A stretch of 64,000 bases of DNA from positions 220,392 to 284,391 of the forward strand of contig JBAYIR010000001.1 of assembly GCA_041665505.1 (NCBI GenBank), read 5' to 3'. Below, piece after piece: positions 8,474 to 17,756 of the stretch. Both the position numbers and the translations under genes were made by a program. Every line of letters starts with the position of its first letter. Within the stretch, counting starts at the first letter, position 1. This DNA is from Patescibacteria group bacterium (GTDB taxonomy: Bacteria; Patescibacteriota; Patescibacteriia; UBA1558; GWA2-36-10). The notes beneath the pieces were generated by a model. It was not told the DNA's origin. It saw nothing but the letters and a program-made list of their open reading frames with translations, and did not search any database.

Positions 8474-10534
8474 ATGAAAAAAGAAAAAAATAAAAATAAA
8501 GTAGCCTTATTTGATAGATTTGGTTTTACCCCAATCTATTTATTAGTTTTACTTTTGGTATCTGCTATAGCCTTAGTGGTCATTATATCCAGAATTGATA
8601 GTAATAATAACCAAATTAGTTTTAATATTAATACGAAAATAAAAGATAATACTTTTAAAAAATTTAAATCAGTTGATGAATTTAAGGCCTATATAGAGGA
8701 TATGGACCAGACAGCTTATTATGGTGGTATGGGGATGGTTAGAAATTTTGCTCAATCAGAAACAATGATGCTAGATGAAGCTCAAGATATAGCCATGCCT
8801 GCGCCAGAGCTTGTTGTTGATGGAAATGGACTTGCACCAGATAGAGTTTCTGATACCAATGTCCAAGTGTTGGGGATTGACGAGCCAGATATAGTAAAAA
8901 CAGACGGTAAACAAATTTATTTTTCTGATAATATAGGGAACTATTGGATTTCTAATCCTATGCCAGCTGTTCGTATGATGGAGGATTCTTTTATTGATAT
9001 AGACCCAAGTGTAGAATTTCAAAATCAAGTTAAGACAAATATTATTAATGCCTGGCCAGCTAGTGATTTAGCTCTCAGCTCAAAAATTGATTTAGCTGGT
9101 GATTTACTGCTAGTAAAGAATATCTTAGTAGTTTTCTCTGGGCAAGATATTGTAGCTTATGATGTCTCAAATCCCAAAGAGCCAAGTAAAAAATGGAGTA
9201 TAAAATTGGATGAACAAACATACTTAATTACCTCTAGACTATATGGGGACAAAATTTATTTAGTCACCCAGACTAGCTTAAATAGAAGTAATCCTTGTCC
9301 AATCAGCCCCTTGGCTCTACAAGACAAGAAAATGATTGTGCCTTGTATGGATATTTATTATCCAAATAATTCTAGCTCAGTTGATTCTACTTTTACGGCT
9401 ATTAGTTTAAATCCTGAATCTGGCGAATTTGAGGATCAAATTTCCTTTGTCGGCAGTCAAAGTACAGCTAATATCTATATGTCAACTGATTCATTGTATA
9501 TTGCCTATACTCAAAATTTAAATATGTTTGATTACATGTTTAAATTTGTAAATACCGAGCTAAATGATTTGGCGCCAGCTAATGTCTTAGCTAAATTAAA
9601 TAAGCTTAATTCTTATGATATTAGTAGTCAGTCTAAATTAAATGAGTTACAAACTACACTTGATGAATGGCTACAAACTTTAGGTCAGGATGAAATGCTT
9701 AAAATGCAGACTGAAATGCAAAATAGAGCAGCCAAATATTATGAGGAAAATAAAAGAGCAGTTTTAAGCACTGGTATTGCTAAAATTGATATTGCCAATT
9801 TAGATATCAAAGCTAGTGGCAGTGTGCCTGGTTATTTACTCAACCAATTTGCTTTAGATGAATATAATGGTTATTTGAGAGTAGCCACTACTATTGGTGA
9901 GAGTTGGGGCTGGGGGATAAGTGCTGGTGGTACTCAAGTCAATGATGTCTATACTTTGGATAGTAATTTGAAAATAAGCGGATCTATTTTAGATTTAGGT
10001 TTAGGTGAGCGTATTTATGCCGCTAGATTTATGGGCGACGTTGGATATTTGGTTACTTTTAAACAAACTGATCCATTTTATGTTTTGGATTTATCAAACC
10101 CCAAAGAACCAAAGATGCTTGGTGAATTAAAAATTCCAGGCTATTCATCATATTTACATCCAATAGCTGACGGTAGAATACTAGGAGTCGGCATGGAAGA
10201 AGGTAAAGTAAAACTTTCATATTTTGATGTTTCAAATCCTTCTAATCCACAAGAAATTGCCAAATATTCTCTTGATGATTATGGTAGTGATGTTTTGTAT
10301 AATCACCATGCTTTTTTACAAGATCCAAAACATCAAGTATTTTTCTTGCCATCTTATAATGGTGGCTATGTATTTTCTTATGCCAATGAGCAGTTGGAAT
10401 TAGTCAAAACTGTGGCGGCCACTGATGCTAAACGGGCACTTTATATTGGCGATTATTTATATATTATAGCCAATGATTATGTGGCAGTGCTAGATGAAAA
10501 TAATTGGGAGAAGGTCAAGGATTTAGCTTTATAA
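8474..10534 (+). CDS. Secreted beta-propeller domain protein (PF09826-like)
   Basis: N-terminal TM/signal sequence, then 686 aa with repeated beta-propeller-like blades. This is a typical CPR/archaeal surface protein family. Confidence 0.45.
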   Translation: MKKEKNKNKVALFDRFGFTPIYLLVLLLVSAIALVVIISRIDSNNNQISFNINTKIKDNTFKKFKSVDEFKAYIEDMDQTAYYGGMGMVRNFAQSETMMLDEAQDIAMPAPELVVDGNGLAPDRVSDTNVQVLGIDEPDIVKTDGKQIYFSDNIGNYWISNPMPAVRMMEDSFIDIDPSVEFQNQVKTNIINAWPASDLALSSKIDLAGDLLLVKNILVVFSGQDIVAYDVSNPKEPSKKWSIKLDEQTYLITSRLYGDKIYLVTQTSLNRSNPCPISPLALQDKKMIVPCMDIYYPNNSSSVDSTFTAISLNPESGEFEDQISFVGSQSTANIYMSTDSLYIAYTQNLNMFDYMFKFVNTELNDLAPANVLAKLNKLNSYDISSQSKLNELQTTLDEWLQTLGQDEMLKMQTEMQNRAAKYYEENKRAVLSTGIAKIDIANLDIKASGSVPGYLLNQFALDEYNGYLRVATTIGESWGWGISAGGTQVNDVYTLDSNLKISGSILDLGLGERIYAARFMGDVGYLVTFKQTDPFYVLDLSNPKEPKMLGELKIPGYSSYLHPIADGRILGVGMEEGKVKLSYFDVSNPSNPQEIAKYSLDDYGSDVLYNHHAFLQDPKHQVFFLPSYNGGYVFSYANEQLELVKTVAATDAKRALYIGDYLYIIANDYVAVLDENNWEKVKDLAL

Positions 10535-10544
10535 AAAAAATTTA

Positions 10545-11360
10545 ATGAATCCAGATTTATATACTGAAAAATCGAAGGTCCAGAAAAACTATTATAATGA
10601 GACTGCCAGCAGATATGACGAGTGGCATATAGATCCGCCTAGCGCTAAAATAGTAGATTTTTGGAATTTCAACAATTTAAAAAAATTTCTTAAAAATGCT
10701 TTGCCTGATAGTCAAGCTGGGCATCTTCATAAGAGTTTAGAATTGGGCTGCGGCACTGGTCGTTTGGCCAATTCTTTATTTCAAATATCTGATGAGGTTT
10801 ATGGTGTTGATCTATCACAAGAGGTGCTTAAAATAGCCAAAGATAAATACCCTAAACTGATATTAGAATGTTCAGAGGTGGTAAATTTATCTTATCCTGA
10901 TAATTATTTTGACATGGTTATTATCAATGGTTCTTTGCATCATTTTTTTGCCGTAGAAAAAACATTTAAAGAAGCTTACCGGGTACTTAAAACCGGTGGA
11001 GTTTTTGTCTTGCTTGGTGAACCAAATAGCGAATTTTTAAAGCCTTATCATCCATTTTTTTATATTTGGGCTATTAATAGAATTTTTAATAGACTATTTA
11101 GTATTTTTAATCGCCAACATACAAAACAAGAATTGATTGAGCCAGATGCGGAGAGCTATAAACCTTGGGTATTAAAAAAACAACTAAAGCAGGCTGGCTT
11201 TGATGTCAAATTTTTTTATACTTATGATTATTTTGTCCGTAGTAATAATAAATTTTTATTAAAATTTTATAATCCTTACCTTAATTTTGAAAATAAAACT
11301 ATCAGCAAAATCTTTCCTTATTTAGGTTTGGCTATTCAAGCTTTTAGTATTAAGAAATAA
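10545..11360 (+). CDS. Class I SAM-dependent methyltransferase
   Basis: Motif I LELGCGTGRL. Confidence 0.7.
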   Translation: MNPDLYTEKSKVQKNYYNETASRYDEWHIDPPSAKIVDFWNFNNLKKFLKNALPDSQAGHLHKSLELGCGTGRLANSLFQISDEVYGVDLSQEVLKIAKDKYPKLILECSEVVNLSYPDNYFDMVIINGSLHHFFAVEKTFKEAYRVLKTGGVFVLLGEPNSEFLKPYHPFFYIWAINRIFNRLFSIFNRQHTKQELIEPDAESYKPWVLKKQLKQAGFDVKFFYTYDYFVRSNNKFLLKFYNPYLNFENKTISKIFPYLGLAIQAFSIKK

Positions 11361-11364
11361 GCAT

Positions 11365-12267
11365 ATGAAAATTGCTGTATTAACTGGGGGTAAGAGTTCC
11401 GAAAGAGAAGTAGCACTAGCATCTAGCAAAAATGTTATAGATTCTTTAATTGCTAGACATCAGGTGAGTGTTTTTGATTTTCCAAATGACTTAGATAAAT
11501 TTTTAAGTACTTATAAAGACTATCAAGTAGCTATACCAGTTTTTCATGGTCCAGGAGGAGAGGATGGAGTAGTTCAAGGTTTTTTAAAAACTTTAGGTAT
11601 TCCTTTTATATTTTCTGATGTAGAAGCCCACGCCGTAGGTATGGACAAATATTTGAGTAAGCAGTTAGCAGAAAAAATCGGATTATTAACAGCTCCTTAT
11701 AATATTTTTGATAAATTTGAAAAAATAATTTTTACTAAATCAGTTGTAGTAAAACCACTAGCTGGCGGTAGTTCCATTGGTATTGCTATTGCTCACAATC
11801 AAGCTGATTTAGATAAGGCTTTTCAGGAAGCTTTTCAGTATAGTGATAAAGTATTGATAGAAGATTATATAGAAGGCAAAGAATTAACTGTACCAATTAT
11901 AGATAAGGGTGAAATATCCTTAGCACTACCAGTGATAGAAATACGTTCCAAGAATGATTTTTTTGATTATGAAAGTAAATATGACAATCAATTGGCAGAG
12001 GAAATTTGTCCAGCTCCTATAGCTGATGACCTAGCCAAAGAATTGCAAAGGCAAGCCTTAGAAATGCATAAAGCTTTGGGGGCTAGGCATATTAGCCGCA
12101 GTGATTTTATTGTTTCTAATGGTGCTATTAGTAAAATATATTTTTTAGAGATTAATACTATCCCTGGCATGACTGATAATTCACTTACTCCTAAGGCGAT
12201 TGTGGCTGGAGGGGAGAATTTTGCTGAGTTACTAGATATTTGGCTGGAATCAGTAACAATTAAATAG
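11365..12267 (+). CDS. ddl: D-alanine--D-alanine ligase
   Basis: MKIAVLTGGKSSEREVAL N-terminus and ATP-grasp motifs (EINTIPGMT). Confidence 0.88.
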   Translation: MKIAVLTGGKSSEREVALASSKNVIDSLIARHQVSVFDFPNDLDKFLSTYKDYQVAIPVFHGPGGEDGVVQGFLKTLGIPFIFSDVEAHAVGMDKYLSKQLAEKIGLLTAPYNIFDKFEKIIFTKSVVVKPLAGGSSIGIAIAHNQADLDKAFQEAFQYSDKVLIEDYIEGKELTVPIIDKGEISLALPVIEIRSKNDFFDYESKYDNQLAEEICPAPIADDLAKELQRQALEMHKALGARHISRSDFIVSNGAISKIYFLEINTIPGMTDNSLTPKAIVAGGENFAELLDIWLESVTIK

Positions 12268-12305
12268 CTCTTGTCAAAATCATTAAATATGTTAAAATAC
12301 GGACA

Positions 12306-13988
12306 TTGTTGATTACAAAATATATGAATAAATATAGTGAAATTTCAAACAAAGGGCAGGTTACAAGTACCAAAATAAGGGTCACTTTTGGCATTATTTT
12401 TTTACTGACTATTTTTGCGGCGCTAATAGTTTGGCCAAGTGCTCCTGGCTGGTTTGGTAAATTTAAGGTTCATTTGGGGCTTGATTTACAAGGTGGCACA
12501 CATTTGGTCTATCAGGCTGATGTTTCTGCTCTAGAAGGAGCTGAAAAAAGAGAAGGTGTCCAAGCATTACGTGATGTGATAGAACATCGTGTTAATGCTT
12601 ATGGTGTCTCAGAATCAGTAGTACAGACAAATTTTAGTGGGGATAATTATCGTATTATTGTAGAGCTAGCTGGTGTAAAAGATGCTAATGAGGCTATTTC
12701 TATTATTGATAAAACTCCACATCTAGAATTTAAAACTCAAGGTGAGGCTGTTTTTGATGAAAGTGCTCAAGCTAAACTAGATGAGATTAAAGTCAAAGCC
12801 AAAGAAGTGTTGGCTAGAGCTCTAGCTGGTGAAGATTTTTCGAAATTAGCTTCAGAATATAGTGAAGATACTGCTTCCGCTGCTAGTGGTGGTGATTTGG
12901 GTTATGTGGCTAAAGGTTTATTTGTGCCCGAATTTGATAAAGTTATTTTTGATGAACTTCAATCCAATCAAATTGCTCCAGAATTAGTGGAATCTCAATT
13001 TGGCTATCACATTATTAAAAAAATAGATCAACGATTAAATGATAAAGGGGAAATAGAAGTACACGCCGCTCATATTTTATTTCAAAAGACTGATGCTGAC
13101 TTAGCTAATGTTGTTTGGCAAGATGTTGGTTTGACTGGCCGTGAAGTGGCTAAAGCCCAATTAAGTTTTGAACAAAATACTCAATCTCCATTGGTCCTTT
13201 TGTCATTCAATGATAATGGTAAAGAAATTTTTTCTAAAATTACTAGTGAAAATGTTGGTAAACCAATTGCTATATTTTTGGATAATGAAATAATTTCTAG
13301 CCCAGTAGTTAATGAAGCAATCAAAGATGGTCAAGCTCAAATTTCAGGTAGTTTTACTATTTCTGAAGCTAAAGAATTAGTTAAAAATTTAAATTTAGGA
13401 GCTTTACCTGTGCCAATAGAACTTATTAGCCAAACTACTATTGGAGCCAGTTTGGGAGCAGAATCATTAGATAAAAGTCTTTTGGCAGGACTAATTGGTC
13501 TGATAGCGGCTGCTTTGTTTATGATTATTTTTTATAGATTACCAGGATTATTATCTGTTTTAGCTTTAGTTGTCTATTCAGTATTATCTTTAGCAATTTT
13601 TGAATTAATACCTATTACTATGACTTTAGCTGGGGTAGCTGGTTTCATATTATCTATTGGTATGGCGGTAGATGCTAATGTGTTGATATTTGAGCGTACT
13701 AAAGAAGAACTTTATGAAGGTAAAAGCCTTAATACTTCTATAGAAAATGGTTTTACACGCGCCTGGTCTTCTATTAGAGATTCAAATATTTCGTCAATTA
13801 TTACTTGTGTGATATTAGCTTGGTTTGGTACTTCAATTGTCAAGGGTTTTGCTATTACTTTGGGTATTGGTATACTTGTTTCTATGTTCTCGGCCATTAC
13901 TGTTACTAGAACTTTTTTAAGATTAATAGTCAATAAGCGTTTGGAAAATAAATTAGGCTTATTTGGAGTAAAAAAAGCAAAGGAATAA
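12306..13988 (+). CDS. secD: Protein translocase subunit SecD with an inserted parvulin-type PPIase domain
   Basis: SecD N-terminus (LGLDLQGGTHLVYQAD) and C-terminal TM bundle. Residues about 150-240 carry a PpiC/parvulin signature (GGDLGYVAKGLFVPEFD...FGYHIIKK). Confidence 0.85.
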   Translation: MLITKYMNKYSEISNKGQVTSTKIRVTFGIIFLLTIFAALIVWPSAPGWFGKFKVHLGLDLQGGTHLVYQADVSALEGAEKREGVQALRDVIEHRVNAYGVSESVVQTNFSGDNYRIIVELAGVKDANEAISIIDKTPHLEFKTQGEAVFDESAQAKLDEIKVKAKEVLARALAGEDFSKLASEYSEDTASAASGGDLGYVAKGLFVPEFDKVIFDELQSNQIAPELVESQFGYHIIKKIDQRLNDKGEIEVHAAHILFQKTDADLANVVWQDVGLTGREVAKAQLSFEQNTQSPLVLLSFNDNGKEIFSKITSENVGKPIAIFLDNEIISSPVVNEAIKDGQAQISGSFTISEAKELVKNLNLGALPVPIELISQTTIGASLGAESLDKSLLAGLIGLIAAALFMIIFYRLPGLLSVLALVVYSVLSLAIFELIPITMTLAGVAGFILSIGMAVDANVLIFERTKEELYEGKSLNTSIENGFTRAWSSIRDSNISSIITCVILAWFGTSIVKGFAITLGIGILVSMFSAITVTRTFLRLIVNKRLENKLGLFGVKKAKE

Positions 13989-13992
13989 ATAT

Positions 13993-14898
13993 ATGTATAA
14001 TATTATTGGTAAAAGCAAAATTTGGCTTGGTATTTCTGGATTTTTAGTTTTAACTTCTATAGTTTTTTTGGCTATTTGGGGTTTTAAACTGGGTATTGAT
14101 TTCACAGGCGGTAGTATTTTAGAGGTGTCTTACTCCCAGCAAAGACCAACTATGGAACAAGTCCAAAATATTTTAGCTCCTTTGGAATTAGGTAGTTTAA
14201 AAATACAAGCAGGCGGTGAAAATGACTATATATTGCGTTTTGAAGAAATAGAGGAAACTACTCACCAAGATATTTTAGACAACTTGTCAGCTATTAAAGT
14301 TGAAGGTGTAGAAGAAAATCAATTATCTGAATCACGCTTTGAGGCTATTGGTCCAGCAGTGGGTGAAGAATTAAAGACTAAAGCCATACAGGCTATAATA
14401 ATAGTGTTAGTGTTTATTGTTTTGTATATTGCTTATGCTTTTCGTAAAGTATCTAAACCAGTTGCTTCTTGGAAATATGGCTTAGCAGCCATTGTGGCCT
14501 TAGCCCATGATATTTTAATAGTAGCTGGGGTGTTTTCAGCTTTAGGCTATTTTATGGGTGTAGAGATAGATACTTTGTTTGTTACAGCCTTATTAACTAT
14601 CCTTGGTTTTTCAGTTCATGATACTATTGTTACCTTTGATAGAATTAGAGAAAATTTGTTTCAAACTCATGACAAAGAATTTAAAGAAATAGTCAATATT
14701 AGTATTAATCAAACTATCACTAGATCTATTAATACTTCTTTTACCACTCTTTTGGTACTTTTGGCCATTTATTTCTTTGGTGGAGAGAGCATTAGATACT
14801 TTTCCTTGGCTTTAATTTTAGGTGTTATATTCGGTACCTACTCTTCAATTTTTATAGCTTCACCACTTTTGATACTTTGGAACAAGAGCAAAACATAA
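13993..14898 (+). CDS. secF: Protein translocase subunit SecF
   Basis: GIDFTGGSILEV and an RND-like TM bundle, directly downstream of secD. Confidence 0.88.
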   Translation: MYNIIGKSKIWLGISGFLVLTSIVFLAIWGFKLGIDFTGGSILEVSYSQQRPTMEQVQNILAPLELGSLKIQAGGENDYILRFEEIEETTHQDILDNLSAIKVEGVEENQLSESRFEAIGPAVGEELKTKAIQAIIIVLVFIVLYIAYAFRKVSKPVASWKYGLAAIVALAHDILIVAGVFSALGYFMGVEIDTLFVTALLTILGFSVHDTIVTFDRIRENLFQTHDKEFKEIVNISINQTITRSINTSFTTLLVLLAIYFFGGESIRYFSLALILGVIFGTYSSIFIASPLLILWNKSKT

Positions 14899-14932
14899 AT
14901 TTATTATTTTAGCTAATATTAGTCAATATATT

Positions 14933-14964
14933 AAGACCCTTGATTTTTTGAAGTCAAGGGTCTT
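14933..14964. terminator. Intrinsic terminator after secDF
   Basis: Perfect 11-bp stem AAGACCCTTGA/TCAAGGGTCTT with a 10-nt loop. The T-run is weak. Confidence 0.45.
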
Positions 14965-15044
14965 GACTAATTTTAAAAAATATGTTACTGTATAGATGAA
15001 TTTTATTATTAGAAATAAAATCAGATAAATTGTAAAGAAATAAT

Positions 15045-16148
15045 ATGTCTGGAATTTTAGACCAAGTAATTACATCAAAGCACTTGTCAAAGCTGTCTGA
15101 TTTTGATCCCCATCAAACTTTAGAAAATATTTTGACTGCTTTATCAGAGCGTGAGCAAGAAATCATAAAAATGCGTCACGGCTTGTCTGGTTCGGAGAAA
15201 AAAACTCTTGAGGACATTGGAAAACAATACGATGTTACTCGTGAAAGAATTAGACAAATTGAAAATACTTCTCTGAAAAAGATCAATAAAAACTTCAATC
15301 AAACTATTTTAAAAGAGATTGAAGATATAGCTAATGCTACTTTGTCTGAGCATGGAGGTTTGATGTCTGAGGATAATTTGATAGCCGAACTATTAGCTAT
15401 GCCTGGAGATTCAGAAGCTAATAGGGCTGCTATTAGGTTTATATTAAATCAACTTTTAAATCATAGATTTTATTTTGTCAAAGAATCAAAACAGCATAAC
15501 AGTTTTTGGAAGACTCCAGAAGCTAATGTAGATTTATTTCATGATACTATAGATAAGGTGCGCACCCTAGTTAATACTCATGGTGACCCACTAAGTTTAG
15601 AAGAACTTATAAATAAAATTCAAGAAACTGAATTCTATACCAATAATAATGATTTGACTGATAAAGTAGTAATAAACTTTATTACCGTCACTAAAAAATT
15701 AGAAGCCAATCCTTATGAAGAATGGGGTTTGGTGGAGTGGCCAAGCATTACTCCGCGTAGAATGAATGATAAGATATATTTGGTGCTTAAGAAAAAAGGT
15801 CAGCCAATGCACTTTACTGAAATTGCTGACACTATAAATCAAATGTCTTTTGACCATAGACAAGCTTATCCAGCTACAATCCATAATGAGTTAATTCTAG
15901 ATAAAAAATATGTTTTAGTTGGCCGTGGTATTTATGCTTTAAAAGAATGGGGTTATAAACCAGGGGTAGTAGCTGACGTCATAGCCGATATTTTAAAAGA
16001 TAGTGACAAGCCACTGACTAAAAAAGAAATAACACAAGCCGTTTTAGAAAAACGTATGATCAAAGAAACTACCATTACCCTAGCCCTAATGAATAAAGAT
16101 AGATTTGCTAGGGATGAAAGAGGTCGTTACTCATTAAAAACTGAATAA
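15045..16148 (+). CDS. Sigma-70 region-4-like HTH fused to a C-terminal HARE-HTH domain (putative transcription regulator, not a canonical sigma factor)
   Basis: Region 4 signature near the N-terminus (TLEDIGKQYDVTRERIRQIENTSLKKI). The C-terminus is HARE-HTH-like (HFTEIADTINQ...GRGIYALKEWGY). Confidence 0.5.
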   Translation: MSGILDQVITSKHLSKLSDFDPHQTLENILTALSEREQEIIKMRHGLSGSEKKTLEDIGKQYDVTRERIRQIENTSLKKINKNFNQTILKEIEDIANATLSEHGGLMSEDNLIAELLAMPGDSEANRAAIRFILNQLLNHRFYFVKESKQHNSFWKTPEANVDLFHDTIDKVRTLVNTHGDPLSLEELINKIQETEFYTNNNDLTDKVVINFITVTKKLEANPYEEWGLVEWPSITPRRMNDKIYLVLKKKGQPMHFTEIADTINQMSFDHRQAYPATIHNELILDKKYVLVGRGIYALKEWGYKPGVVADVIADILKDSDKPLTKKEITQAVLEKRMIKETTITLALMNKDRFARDERGRYSLKTE

Positions 16149-16263
16149 AAAAATTGAAAAACACCAGTCTTGGTAAATAGCTATTTTGCTAATAACTCAG
16201 GCGGGTGTTTTTTTGTAAAAGGCTTTAAAAAAAAATCAAAAAAGGGTATAATATAAATACCTT

Positions 16264-17754
16264 ATGGAAATAACATTTGACTTTTCAGCATTATACGCGG
16301 CTATGGATCAAGGCTACGGAGCCATGGCTTGGTATTTCTTTAAAAACGGGGGGTGGATTATATATTTTTATGTAATTTCTCGCGGTATTTTTGAGATTTG
16401 GCATTTAAATCAAAATATAAAATGGTTTAATACCAATAAATTTGTGATTATCGCTATAGATGTACCAAAAAGTACCGAGCAAACTCCTAAGGCTGTGGAA
16501 CAACTTTTTTCTACTGTTTCTGGTGCTCACAATCCTTTGAATCTTAGAGAAATATATAAAGAAGGACAGTTTCAGCTTAGTTTTTCTTTTGAGATAGTTA
16601 GTATTGACGGCTATGTACAATTTTTAATTCGTACACCTAGCCAATGGCGCGATTTGATAGAAAGCTCTATTTATTCCCAGTATCCAGATGCAGAAATAAC
16701 CGAAGTGGAAGATTATGTTGATACAGTACCTGATCAATACCCAAATGAAACACACAATATTTGGGGTACGGAAATAATTTTAGCTGCCAAGGATGTTTAT
16801 CCTATTCGCACTTATACAGCTTTTGAAGATAATGTTTCAGGCGAATTTAAAGATCCAATAGCCTCACTGATTGAGACTATGAGTAAAATTCAGCTTGGTG
16901 AACAAGTCTGGGTTCAGATTATAGTCAGACCAACTGACACTAAATGGATTAAAAGAAGTCTGAAAGAAGCTTATAAAATTGCTGGTAAGAAATTTTCTGA
17001 GAAAAAAAGTTTTTTGTCTAGCATAATAGATCCTATTACTGGTTTATTTTTCTTGTCCACTGGTGAGCTTTGGGCTTGGCCACAGGATTTGACTGCTAGT
17101 ACTTCTAAAGCTAAAAAAGATGATATGCCATCTATGATGCTTCATTTAACTCCCGGTGAAAAAGGAGCAATAGAAGCCATAGAAGCTAAAGCTAGTAAAA
17201 CTGGTTTTGAATGTAAAATTCGTTTAATATATATATCACCCAAAGAAAAATTTTCTTCGGCTAGAGTCATATCGGCAGTTTTTGGATCCTTTAAACAATT
17301 CAATACGCTAGATTTAAATGCTTTTAAACCTGATCCAAGAACTAAAACTAAAATTAATTATTTTTTTATAAAGACTCTTACAAATTGGCGTAAAAGATCG
17401 ATTATGTCGGCTTATAAAAATCGTAGTGGAGCTATGGGGCATAATTATTTTATATTAAACACCGAAGAGCTAGCTACTATTTGGCATTTCCCAAGCTTAC
17501 TAATCAAAGCTCCACTACTCCAACGAACTGAAAGTAAAAAAGCTAATGCACCTTATTCACTGCCTATTTCTAAAATAGAAGAGAGTGATAAAAGTAAAGT
17601 GACAGAAGATTTAACTAGACAATTAGTCACTCCTAATTTTAATGTTGATATAGCTAATAAGTATTTTGAAGAACGTTTTGCTAAAAAAGATAATAGTGGA
17701 AGTCAAATACCAAAACGTAAGGGGCAAGCACCACCTAATTTACCAACTTCTTAA
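16264..17754 (+). CDS. N-terminal (membrane/accessory) half of a split VirB4/VirD4-like ATPase
   Basis: Homologous to residues about 60-400 of the fused protein at 2028-4490 (EIVSIDGYVQFLIRTPSQWRD aligns with EIVSVGGFTNFYVATPSVYRD). Ends ...QAPPNLPTS* and aligns with ...AAPPVNMPTE in the fused copy. Confidence 0.6.
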   Translation: MEITFDFSALYAAMDQGYGAMAWYFFKNGGWIIYFYVISRGIFEIWHLNQNIKWFNTNKFVIIAIDVPKSTEQTPKAVEQLFSTVSGAHNPLNLREIYKEGQFQLSFSFEIVSIDGYVQFLIRTPSQWRDLIESSIYSQYPDAEITEVEDYVDTVPDQYPNETHNIWGTEIILAAKDVYPIRTYTAFEDNVSGEFKDPIASLIETMSKIQLGEQVWVQIIVRPTDTKWIKRSLKEAYKIAGKKFSEKKSFLSSIIDPITGLFFLSTGELWAWPQDLTASTSKAKKDDMPSMMLHLTPGEKGAIEAIEAKASKTGFECKIRLIYISPKEKFSSARVISAVFGSFKQFNTLDLNAFKPDPRTKTKINYFFIKTLTNWRKRSIMSAYKNRSGAMGHNYFILNTEELATIWHFPSLLIKAPLLQRTESKKANAPYSLPISKIEESDKSKVTEDLTRQLVTPNFNVDIANKYFEERFAKKDNSGSQIPKRKGQAPPNLPTS

Positions 17755-17756
17755 AT

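Noticed and set aside
16150-16215. Possible terminator after ORF 15045-16148 (AACACC...GGTGTTTTTTT)
   Set aside because: Only a 6-bp stem with a loop of more than 35 nt. This is not convincing as an intrinsic terminator.
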